A DNA stretch of 59,366 bases, filler included, from Sphacelaria rigidula (Eukaryota), in NCBI GenBank assembly GCA_964200075.2. It is 8 parts of 8 records of this genome, joined end to end, with 100 filler letters (N's around TTAATTAATTAA, not from the genome) between each part and the next. Parts side by side here need not be neighbours in the genome. Positions count along the whole stretch, not along the records: positions 44,601 to 51,933 come from CAXNAA020015397.1; positions 52,034 to 59,366 come from CAXNAA020015398.1; 6 more parts are not named here. One strand, 5' to 3'. This document shows positions 48,414 to 59,366 of this stretch, in pieces. How positions within the stretch are numbered: position 1 is the first letter of the stretch; every line of letters begins with the position of its first letter. The notes below the pieces were generated by a model. That model saw nothing but the letters and a program-made list of their open reading frames with translations. It was not told the DNA's origin and ran no database searches. Position numbers and translations under genes: made by a program.

Positions 48414-50402
48414 TAGTAGTAAATAGCGAAGGCACACTCTTTTCTTTTTGGGGGGGGAGGGGGTCAGTTTCGTACCCATTTTGGCCTTAATGCAGATAGA
48501 CACGTCCGGAGGAGGTGGGGTTGCTGCTTTATACCACGTGCCCTGGTTTAGAAAGGTCCTCCCTTTTTGCCTGGAAATGGCTGATCGAATGACGTGATAT
48601 TGTATCAAGTCATACCCTACAGTACTACAGTACCTACCTGAGGGCAGTCATTGGAAGCATGTATGTATCTGCCCGGTTCACTCACAAAACAAGTTTACGA
48701 CGCCGAAGATCAAGAGCGTTTAGGTCACTTTTTCTTGTGGCTTGTGGTTGAAGTACGAGTATAGCGGTAGTAGCAGTGCGACATAGATGATCGTACCTGT
48801 CAGCGCTCTCCGGCGGACTGCGAAAAGTCTGTAGTGATCGGTGGTGATGGCAGTGAACAACGTTTTCGTGAGAGATTGAGAGTAGAGGATACGATTGAGA
48901 GCGACAAGCGGTCAATTAGTGAGTGAATCGTTTCAGTTCCAAAATGCCCCCGCCGCGAGGCCCGACATGCTTTCTGTAGTAGCTTGCCACTCAGGCCCGT
49001 GATATCCCTGAGTAGGATCTCGACGTGTAGATGTGAGCACACGCCAGTGATGGAGGCAAAGAAAAGCACACACTAGGTGAAAAATTGGCCAAGTCAAAGC
49101 GAATGATCAAAACCAGTCTCAATCAGCGCTCTACTCTCAATCTCACTAGAACGTTGTTAGTGGTGGTGGTTGTCGTGTTTGATCACGAGGGATTCGAATA
49201 TCGATTTCTTAGTAGTTATCGTTTTTGTTTTGTTACTGGTCACCACGTCGTCGCTCCATCCCTACAACAATCGTTGACCGACTTCCGCTTCCTCTCCGAT
49301 TTAATTTAAATAGCCGCTACTGCTGTGCGAAGAATACAGCACATTTATTAGACTTCTTGCAGATGATACGATAGTGCTGATGGTGACACTTTGGAGGTTT
49401 CGTCGTGGATTTTTTTTTTTGTGATTTGTACCAGGGAAAATTTAAGCTTGGACTCGGCGGGAACCTCCCGCTACTTGTACCCTCAGAGTGTTGTGCGGCA
49501 TCACAGTTGGTTGTCCTACCTGTGGCGTCCCGTACCAGATGGGTACAATTTGTCGTTATCCAGCTCTTCTAGGCAGTGAATGGTAGCGATACATTGATCA
49601 CCCCATCGAAGTTTTCGGGGGTCTCCACCCCTGGACCCCCATGAGCCGGTACAGAATGCCTCAAAGCAGAACGTAATGACGAAAACAGGTTCTTCTTGTC
49701 TCGGGCAGTCCAATTTTATATTTGTACAAAGTTTGGTTGCGAAACTCCATGAACTGATGCAAGGAGGATCGTTTGCACGTCGAAAAAGGCGCCTTGCAGT
49801 GAAAATAACTACGAGGAAGTGTAGTCAGGGGGCTGTACCGGCACGGTACACTTCACCACATTCATCCGCAAATCCCCGCGCCGATTTTGAGAGCTACACT
49901 CTAAAAGTTTGCATACTTGTATTTCAGGCCATCACGGAACCTTTTGAGGACGTATTTTACATTGTCACAGGGTATCGGGGGTCCCAGCACGGCATGTGAT
50001 CACGAAAACTCCCCTGAAATTCTGGGACCCGCGATTATCGGTTGAAAAATACAAGAAAAAAAACTGCTCTTCAAGTTTTCCTCATGAAGACCCAAGGTAC
50101 ATACCTGCAATTTTTCAGGATCTTGACTGCGGAACTCGGCGTGAGGTTTTGCACATGAGTGCGTTTGGGGAGTACACCCTAACCCAGCCTGTGTACGGGT
50201 ATACTGTTCCGAGATTTTTCCATGTGCCACCCCGAAAATCTTCCATCCACATACGAGAGATGTGCCGTTTGTTCTCAAGACATATAGCTCTTTTAAGCTG
50301 CTACAAACACTTTGCCAACAACATATCTCTGTACCTGAGGAGAGCGAGGTCTCGTGCACCACCGAATCACCGAACCTAGTTACGTCATCCACGAATCCGG
50401 TG

Positions 50403-50652
50403 GCCCCGGTGGCCCAGTTGATGACCTCGAAACCGTCTGACGGTCGGGTCGTAGGTTCGAATCTCGGTGAGGTCACGCGATCTGGCATTTTTTTTTACAC
50501 CATGCCCAACAGTGGAGAGCGACTATGTCGTGAGCACACAAATTTCGACTCCACGGTCGACGAAGGAAAGGTACCGCTGAAGCCCTCTCGCGACCAATAA
50601 AAGAAAGGCAAGCACCGCAAAAGGAACGTGGATTACCACAACAACAACAAAA
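50403..50652 (+). mobile_element. tRNA-derived SINE with (CAA)n tail
   Basis: A box TGGCCCAGTTG, B box GGTTCGAATCT (50454-50464), ~170-nt body, tail CACAACAACAACAA. Confidence 0.8.
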
Positions 50653-53314
50653 ATAAAACAACTGCTACTGTGTTGGCCTTTCTCCTGTATGACCCCCTGG
50701 CTAATGTGCCCACATCTACCGAAACGTATGAGTGGCGTCCAGAACAGATGGGATGACAGCACACACGCAAATACACACACGAGTCTATCACTCGTGATAC
50801 CCAGCAACAACGATTGCTGGCGTTGAGCAAAGCGGCACTGTGTACCATAGTACGACCGTTTTTTTCTCCTCAAAAACAACAACAAAGATAATGAACAATC
50901 CAAAAACTTACAGGCGTGCGAACCCTCAGTTTTACACCTGTGAAAGTAAAGAGTACACAAGAAAAAAGAAGCAGCTACAGTGTTCGGCTGCCGTACCCCC
51001 CCCGCTACTCTCCAGCGGTAGGCACGCCGCCTCGGCTGACGAAGCGGTTATCGCAACTTGAACGAGAAACAAACACAAACGAAGCACAACTCTATTTACC
51101 TTCCCCAGTCCATATATCCCCGTCGTACAACACAATACCAGCCGCCATCGGCTACACCCACCTAACCACGCTCAACAACTAGAACCGGTGATCCAACGTC
51201 AAACGACACAGATCCAGCCAGCCGGCCCGGGGCTCGATACACACTCATTATGCAACGTTTATGAAGACGACAAAACACGAGCCACCCGCCCGCACTACTG
51301 TAACACGTCCAAGAAACAAACACATCCTACATACAGCAGCAGATAAACTGCGAAAGCCACGCCGCCATACGTTGCAAAGAGTGCATCCATCCAAGGGTAC
51401 GGCACGAAAGGGGTACAGTACGAGCCGTTTTCTGAGGCCCGTGAGAACACTTTATTTATTTTCAGGTCGATTCTTCAGGTATATATGTATCATGGGATAC
51501 TTGAATTTTTCGGCAGTTGATACACCCAGCAGTGGGGTACTGCACATATACTTTGTCTTCTATATTTTCGGCAATCGATACCCCAGGCAGGGTACGAGCA
51601 CCCTGTCTGAGTACCTACCGTACCCAGTTACCTTACCTAACAACCACCTTCGGAAGGTTATGCCGTTTGGACAGATATCGTCGATTGCTTCGGACAAAAA
51701 TTGACCCCTGAGGGGTGCAGGAGGGTCTACTCATAAACTTGCATACCGTAGTCATATGCTCATTGATCTCGCAAAGTGGTGCGGGGGAGGGTGTACTCAT
51801 GATCTTGCATGCCATAGTCATACGACCATTGACCTCGCATCCCTACGAAGTGGTGGGGGGGGGGGGGGGGGGGGGGGGGGGAGCGCGTTTGGAAGGCGGG
51901 GACCACGGGGTAGATACCCCGCAACGACGGCGCNNNNNNNNNNNNNNNNNNNNNNNNNNNNNNNNNNNNNNNNNNNNTTAATTAATTAANNNNNNNNNNN
52001 NNNNNNNNNNNNNNNNNNNNNNNNNNNNNNNNNGAGCGTGCGTGGGCAGGTGTGGGGCTGTCGGTCGTGGGTTGGGTTCGGCTCGGCGGTGGGCGTGGGC
52101 GGGGGGACAATGCTCTGTCGGGGTGCAACTGTGAAAGTGGGCGTGTGTTTATGCGTGATTATTGTCGTTCGGTATTGCACGTGGTTAGAGTGTCCGGAGG
52201 AATCGGCACGAAATTCAGCTGAAGAAGGGTATTGCTGAATGTCTCTTCCCAGTGGTGGTGTGTGTGTGTGTGTGGTGTGTCGCGTTTTATTTCTCTACAT
52301 CGCGCGCTCGCTGCACTCGTGGTTGCGCGAATTTTCGTTTGTTTTCTCGAGCTAGTAGCTGCGCACTTGGGCGATGATGGTGGCAACATACCTTGATATT
52401 ACGGGTTTTCATATCCTCACAAGAACGGGTTGTCCTTGCTGCAATCAAAACGGAGTGAGGTATGGTCCATGGGTGCGGTCTAGATGCACGGTGTAAGTAG
52501 ACTTGGTGTACATATAGCCGACGAGACGGGTCGTCAGTGCGACTGAGCAGTTAGACACTTCTAGAGTACTAAACCACAAGCTGTGAAATTAAAATTTTGC
52601 TGTGCCTTATACATGATGTGTATTCGATGTGATGTGTATTTTTTTACGTGGTCGCCACATAGTTCACATGTTGCTCCAGCTAGGAAGAGGAGGGGTAGTC
52701 CATTTTGTGTTGATGACCTGACGTATCTATTTCCCCAGGAGTGCCTTCGAAAGTGCGTGCATGACAAAAAAAACGGATAGACAAGAACCAGCAGTATGCC
52801 CCACTCCGGGGAAGAATGACTCATTGTGTTTGACATACAGTCTTTGTCCACATTTTCTTTGCATTGATTGCTATTGTACGTTGACGGGGGTGGCAAGGGT
52901 GTTATTGTGTGCACAGGGTCCAACTTGTTTTCAAGAGTATGTGTGGATGTTGGAATGACGCGCTCGCTACGCTGCCGGTAGTTTCTCCGTATGCGTACTG
53001 AACATGCGTCGGACACGTACGACAGTGGGATCCTGGATGGGATCACTACCATATTATTGCAATGCAGCGCCAACGCGGAAGATATTGGCGTGTTGCTCTC
53101 CTGTTTATTTTTTTATGTTGCCATCATTGACCATAACAGCAGCATCCGGGGACTTGAAGAAATCGGATGGCCGATCGAGGAACTCGTGCAAATTGGCTGG
53201 ACAAGGCAGCACATGATCGATGGGTGCACGTACCATCATACCGCGCACTTGCAAACTGACGTATCTGAATGGGAACATAATTCACGAGCATACATCTACC
53301 TGCATGTAGCACAC

Positions 53315-53694
53315 TAGTGTTGGATATCGAACCATTTCGCACTTCGATACGATGTCGACTTTTTCAGCGTTCGATAAATATGAATTTCGATAAATATCGG
53401 CGAAGCCAAACGGAGGTGAGCGCAGCGAGTCCGCTTGCTGTGCGAGCCTCAAATGCTCCTTCCCACCGGCTCGTGAGGGGGTACCGCGGGAGGCGCCGCC
53501 GGAGGCAAGAAAATTGGGATATATGGCTCTATATCCCATCGAAATTGACTTGATCAAGATCTCCCAGCCTAGGACAAAACGTATGTAGACTCGACAAAAC
53601 CCAATCATCACGCCGCACGTTTTATCGTTTTATCGAAATGTTTTCGATACGGTACTGTAATGATAACGATATTTCGATACGATATTCAACACTA
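53315..53694. mobile_element. hAT-type MITE, 380 bp
   Basis: TIR TAGTGTTGGATATCG / CGATATTCAACACTA, many subterminal TCGATA motifs, 8-bp flanks TAGCACAC / CAGTACAC (6/8). Confidence 0.8.
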
Positions 53695-53899
53695 CAGTAC
53701 ACATCGGGGTACAAACAAATTCAAAAATCAATCAAGATCAAAACGGCAATTTTGAATTTGAAAAGGCACAGGATCATTTCACACGCACGAGGTCAAAAAC
53801 TTGACGATGATACACGGCGAAGACAAACCCACCGCCCATCAATCTGCACGTACTTGCGTAAAAAGAGAAGCTGAGATACCGGAAGCGTTGTATTCGTGA

Positions 53900-55700
53900 A
53901 GGAAGCTCCAAACGTTCATTGGACACTGTCGAACATCGACCAAACTGAAAACGACAAAGGTGAAGAGAGACACATCTCGCGGGCGTACACCACGTTTCCT
54001 CATCTTGACATAACACTTGGTTTTAGAGCAGGCCATTGCGTCCGGCTTGTTCAGTCAAATGTGAGAGGGCGACCCACGCGCCAGCCCAGGAGGTGGAGAT
54101 CGATTGTGGCCGAGGGTTTGCTTGATGGCTGTCGGTAGTCGTTGCTACTTTGACTTTGAGGAGGCGCGCGATGGTTTGTGACCTCATCACAACACCAATA
54201 AATAAGCGATTAGTATATAGATTGTCCCGTGCCCAGGGCGCTTCCAATTTCAATTTATTTCGGTGTTCGGGGCGTTGCCGTCTCGGATTTCGGCGGTGAA
54301 CCCGGAGTGGTGTCGGCTGGGCCCTCTACTCTAAAATTAAGGTCTGCCCGTAACTTATTTATTTTGTATTAAGAAGTGATATTTATCTTCTTACGGTAGA
54401 TAGTGGAGGGACTGATGGACTCGTTTCAGTACCAAAACGCCCAGGTATCATCATGTAAATGCTTTGTTTTGTGTCTCGTTCGAATCACGTGTTACATGAA
54501 AAACTACCTGTACTGGAGTATGGTTGCGTCCTTGCATTCCTTGCCAAGAACTGCGTTCCCGGCGCCTTGTACATAGTACAGTTCATGATAACCAGAGCAT
54601 GTCGGTGGCGTTTATTTCATGCATAACCGTTTTTGAACTGGTACGGTATTATACTGGCTCGTACAGCACGGGGCATGCGGCAGTACTAGATCGACAAAAC
54701 TGGTTCACACCACACCTCCAATTGCAACAACGACGGGCCCGCTGGCATTTCTTCTGCGTGCTTTCGAATGAAGCGTCATGAAACATGAGGAGCAATACCG
54801 TGACGGGCTGCCATAGGAGAGCACAACGCTGTAGTGCACAAGCGCGCTGACACGGTGTCGGCAACACGGAAACGCTAGCGCGCGTGCTGCTCGAAAATAA
54901 CGTGCCCCGCCCATGCAATTTAATTCAATGCGTTTTATTGGATTTCAATGCAGAGGTTACCTGTTGGGTGTGGAGGCGATACTGTGTACAACCGCGGCGT
55001 GAAGCCTGCGGCGGTACTACCTGTTCACTGCACAGCGGCAGGGTTCAGGGTGACAAAGCACACCGCAGAACGTCGCATCCTTAGTCTATCCCTGACCTGC
55101 ACTGATTTTGCGTTGTCCTATACAGTTCGCCACATCATGGGTGCAGCCGTTGTATCGCAGCCGAGGTGTACGCAGGATATGAAGCTCCTCGCCACGCGCT
55201 ATATTGCTACGTCACATTTTGTGAAGCTGTCCGTGTTGCAGCTGCAGCGTACGTTTGCCTCAGGTGGCGCATACAGGAGTGAAAGGCCGCCTCCACCGCT
55301 GTAATGGCTGCCTGTATCCTGCGCGAAGCTGTATGGTAACACAGCCGCGGCTGGTGCGCCCGCATATACCGAAAGGTGGAGACCGGCGTCCAGAATTTAC
55401 GGGACGGCAGTACACACAGCACACTGGACGCTGCGCAGTACGCGTTTCACATCGTGTTCGTAAGGTCTGTAGAACGTTTTGTCCACGCTTGGGTACAGTT
55501 TTCATATATAATGCAGGGGCAACATCTGGGCGAATTGCAGGTGAGGCAATCGCCGAAATATTCACCTGCAAGCTCTGCTCCAGTGCCCTGTAGGGTGATA
55601 TCGCGAGAAAGACACTACCATAACCACCCTGCCGGCTGCCAGACTGTCACAGACTGTCAGGATGTAGGATCCGCTAGCATTGCTACTGTCAGGTACGTTT
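53900..55700 (+). pseudogene. Decayed piggyBac (PGBD-like) transposase
   Basis: Motifs occur in order across frames: PKRPGIIM*MLC...YMKNY (like KPxKxGIKxxxLC), VFELV...TGHAAVLD--NWFT (like GHxVxxDNWFT), TCWVW, Y...HIMGA (like YNxxMGxVD), then a Cys-containing tail PCRV...TVTDCQD. Confidence 0.6.
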
Positions 55701-55924
55701 TGGAGCATGATGTTCGATGTAGATCATCCTTGTGCACGGGCACCAAACGCTGGGGTTTCTTTACTTGAGACTTCGATTTGATGGATGATACTAGGTGGGC
55801 AGCAGTAACTGTTGTTTGTCCAGGTCCCCCTCAGAGCAGGATGCGTTTGGTGTCCGTTTGACAAAGTTATAACCCACAAAACGAAATCGATAGGGGTTTT
55901 AGAGTGGAAAAATCTAGCAACAAA

Positions 55925-56035
55925 ACTATCGCAAGAATCCGATCGCAAGAATCTTGACCCTAAAAAACTATCACAAGGATCCGATCGCAAGAATCAGGTC
56001 GCAAGAATCCTGACGCTAAATCGGAGTCGCAAGAA
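55925..56035 (+). repeat. Short degenerate tandem repeats of TCGCAAGAATC
   Basis: The motif occurs about five times. Confidence 0.8.
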
Positions 56036-56079
56036 ACCAGTTAGTCGATTTTTGACCCGCAGCAGAAACCAACTTTATA

Positions 56080-58287
56080 TGTTTTACTCCATGGTTATGT
56101 CTACAGTTTTGCAGGATCCGAAGAATTGGGGGGACGGCTGCTGATATGTTTACAGAACTGTACAAATCTTGGCCTCAGAGCTGGAGTGAGTATGTTTCAC
56201 GCACACTCTTGGGCAATCGCACCCTACCCGACGACCCGATGATATGCTACCGTCTGAAACGTTTCCCTTCGAGCTCTGGACTAGCCGTAAACATTACACA
56301 CGTACTACAGCTGTCGCAAAAGTAAGAAGTTTCTTCCATATCCGCCCACCCCATACCAAATACTTCGTAGCCGCAGTGTCTGCGGCCCACACGGGGTGGA
56401 CCAAACTGGAGGGTGACACCCACACTCCACTTGACCCCTGAATTTGCGACCGTATTGGATTGCATTACCTGAATTTGTCACCGTGCTGGATTGTCGAGAA
56501 CTCTACGTTGTTTCAGGCACTGATGGATAGGGAAAAGGGGACGATTTTAAGGGGAGGGGAGCATACTCATTAGTTTCGAGCATCCAAGTAATTTTCTGGC
56601 ACCTTTCACTTACTTCACTGCATCCAAGTAGTCTTTTAGCTGCTGCCATCTGTACTGTTTCCAACTTCTTCATCAATTTCACTTCTTGCTTTGCGGTTTC
56701 TAATGCTAAAATCAGGTCATCATTGCAAACCTCGAGTAGAGTGGGTGATAACGTACACACTGATATTTCCCCGTCTAGCATCATCGCACTTTTGGCACAT
56801 TCTGTCATCTTCACCATCGTCCACATGTTACCTCTGATCCCACTTCCTCATATATTTTCCCACAACCCATTTCTCCATACTGTGTCATGAATCTTTTGCA
56901 TCTGTATCACCCCAAAGTTTCCCGACCCTGCCATCGCACTCGAAGCACCCCGCTCCCCCACGCAGTAAAACCTTGAAGCTTTTGCTCATAGGTGCAACGT
57001 CCTGGAAAGACTGTAGCAGTACCAAGCTGACGCGCCACGTGTATGGTTATGGGAGTCGCTCTCGGCAAGTACGACACGAAGATGAAGACAAAGAAAATCT
57101 ATCTCGCCGGGAACTCAAGCGCCGAACGCTGGAACGGAGGAATCAAAGATAGACTGCAGTGGTCAACGTTCACGAGTAGTTATTGTATGATGTGGTATAT
57201 TATATCATTGCGGGAGGAATGTAGTGACGGAATAAGTGAATAAATAGCTATACATTTCTACTACCGTACGTTTCAGTCATGAATTTCGGGTGCTACTGTC
57301 TTATTTTGGTCGCTTTATTATTTAGTGGTCCTCATCTTGTAACATACTGGTACATGTGTGCGCCAAGGCGCGTGGGCTCTATTCCCAGTAGTGTAGGCGT
57401 CAATAGTTATGGAAGAGCATCCCTCACAGAGGTTGCACTCCTATAACTATTGATCAGTTCGTGGAAAGGTTGTTTTAAGCGAATCCAACCAACGCTAATG
57501 TGGTTCAAGCCCCGCACGATCCCAGAATCCAGTGTAACCGATCAGGGGTGTCGACGAGCGATGAAGCTAACTAGCCAATCGTTCTGCAGTTTAACTGAGA
57601 TCCCGGGAGAACGACAGCGACCGTACTTGTCTGCTGTTTCTGTCGTTGGGAAGGGCGCTATAGTTTTTCTTCCTTTCCTAACGGATACAGTTTTCCCCTG
57701 CTCAACAGGGCTTACCTATCCATTATATCTGCAACGGGGTTTCCCCTGCACTGCAATTTGCAGGCTTTTCTCGTATTGCCTTGTTTTGTTCTGGCCCTTC
57801 CAGCCCTTGAATAATCATTGTTCAGCTCTATAAATAAGGCAGAGGGGATGTTACAGGTTCATTGGTCATTTTCCAGTTGACTAGGTTCCATGTGTCATAC
57901 TTTGTCATGCTTGGTATCTGATGGGTCATCCTATATTGGGTGGCAGGATTCGGCTGCCGGCCCACATGTGTTCGCAATGTTGTGGGACTAGCATCTCAAT
58001 GAGCACAGCAGCAATTAGCCTGATCACGGATACACAAGAAGCATGTACGCCATCACGGACTGCGATGTCAGAGGTGTCTCTGGTCTTCTCCTCATGTAAG
58101 CGTGACTTTCCTGCAACAAGACCCTGTTCTGATATCGTTGCTGGTCAAGCGCATGCCGCTCGACTGTATGAACAGCCGTCTGACTCTGTGTTCTATATAT
58201 ATGTCGAACTCAACGAATCGATACCCTTGAATGGGGTTGAGCACAAAGGCACGGGTGCCCACCGGACTGACACCCTTCACCCCTAGA
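56080..58287 (-). mobile_element. Second copy of the 2.2-kb composite repeat with collapsed LINE RT relic
   Basis: Reverse-complement alignment to 18982-21250. ORF 56503-56826 fuses MTECAKSAMMLDGEIS / CTLSPTL / KLETVQMAAAKRLLGCS. Confidence 0.85.
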
Positions 58288-59366
58288 CGGTAACAACCGA
58301 TTCGTGACATATCTGCGTAATGTGAGTCCCAGTTATGAGAACCCAACAGTCCACAAAAGCATATTGAAGATCACTGGAGAATATGTAGATTGGTATTAGA
58401 GGTAGGTGTCACAGCCACAGCAGGGAAGTCGCTGATGGCCCAGTCTGCGTTGGTACGGTGGATACCCACGGTGCGTGGGATTTTATTTTTCCAACACCCT
58501 GCTGTCTGATGAAGGCTAGAGTGGGTACAGTGACAGTTGAGCACGCAGGCTGCGACGGATCTTGCCGGCCTCATAATCAATCTTCGCCCAGTTACGGATG
58601 AACGCTCGAAGAAACCCAGCAACAAGCATCGTTTATGATCCGCTATATATGTGAGGGTTGGGAGCTGAACATTTCCGCTTCAAAAATCTCGGCAGTCGAA
58701 GGTTAAGCTCCTGTCGCACAACCAGTGGGTGGTGCCACGGACCCATGCCGGTGTACCTGGCACTGGGGGCGACATCCTGGTGCAGACAGTTCCATCACTA
58801 CCGGGACGGCCGTACAAACAGGCCGGCAGCCGGGATGTCCGTTGCACTAGCGTTCTTCTAGCGTTCTCAACTTAGAGTACGGCGGCACAAGCTTTGCTCA
58901 TGAGTATTTCTATGGTTGCCTGACTTACACTTCGGCCATGTGCTGTGAATTATTTCACGATCTCCCCGCCTTATACGTGTGGAAATGTATGACACTCTGG
59001 ACAAGAGCTTTCTACAGTCAGTATACAATCTTAAGAGTGTACTGTGCATAGTATGGAAGCTATTGCCTACTATGACATGCGTAATACTTGTAGTGGGAAC
59101 TGCGCGCAGTACCACTTCAAGACAGTGTAGAAATCTCCACGCGGTATAAACTGCTACAGCCGGCTTGCGCGCCATTGCGGCTTTGTTCCCATATAGCTCC
59201 GCTCAAGATACAGGCAGGAGTTATAGCGGAAGAGGCGGCCTGTTACTCCTGCGTGTGCCACCTAGGGCAAATGCACGCTTAGCTGCAACACCGACCGCTG
59301 TACTAGATGTGGCGGAGCGAGGGGTGATACACCACGTACACACAGACAGCAAGCAACAACAAATTG

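Noticed and set aside
7335..52033. Regular 7.43-kb periodicity and the TTAATTAATTAA palindrome as a biological array
   Set aside because: The motif is embedded in exact N44 runs and is a synthetic linker; the intervening sequences are unrelated.
55925..56035. CRISPR-like array (also considered for 24190-24300)
   Set aside because: Repeats are short and degenerate, spacing is irregular, no cas genes are present and the context is eukaryotic.

Overview
This window is not one locus. It is eight unrelated contigs of 7,333-7,334 bp (1-7334, 7435-14768, 14869-22201, 22302-29634, 29735-37067, 37168-44500, 44601-51933, 52034-59366) joined by seven identical 100-bp artificial spacers (N44-TTAATTAATTAA-N44). 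The DNA is eukaryotic, repeat-rich and has short exons with long introns. By inference it is a brown alga or a related flagellated stramenopile, based on IFT122, DUF1350, a mitochondrial-type nad7 fragment, TTAGGG repeats and LINE ends resembling those I recall from Ectocarpus. The six-frame ORF track is almost all noise; the real genes are spliced. Reconstructed by hand with consistent phases: the 3' end of an HRDC-domain RecQ-like helicase (5 exons, one GC-AG intron), four internal exons of IFT122 with a nad7 NUMT in one intron, the last two exons of a DUF1350 protein, and the 3' exons of an unknown low-complexity/coiled-coil protein. The rest is mobile-element debris: a decayed RTE-like LINE, many short 3' ends of two sister LINE families bounded by C-rich tracts, a 2.2-kb composite repeat carrying a collapsed LINE, piggyBac transposase fossils with about 100-bp piggyBac-like MITEs (asymmetric and palindromic forms), hAT and Tc1/mariner MITEs with TSDs, tRNA-derived SINEs, a complete tRNA-like cloverleaf and microsatellites. 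I found no convincing new multi-gene system. The best leads are the C-tract-associated LINE ends, the palindromic MITE variants, the tRNA-like element and a 5-kb unidentified pseudogene with a duplicated domain.
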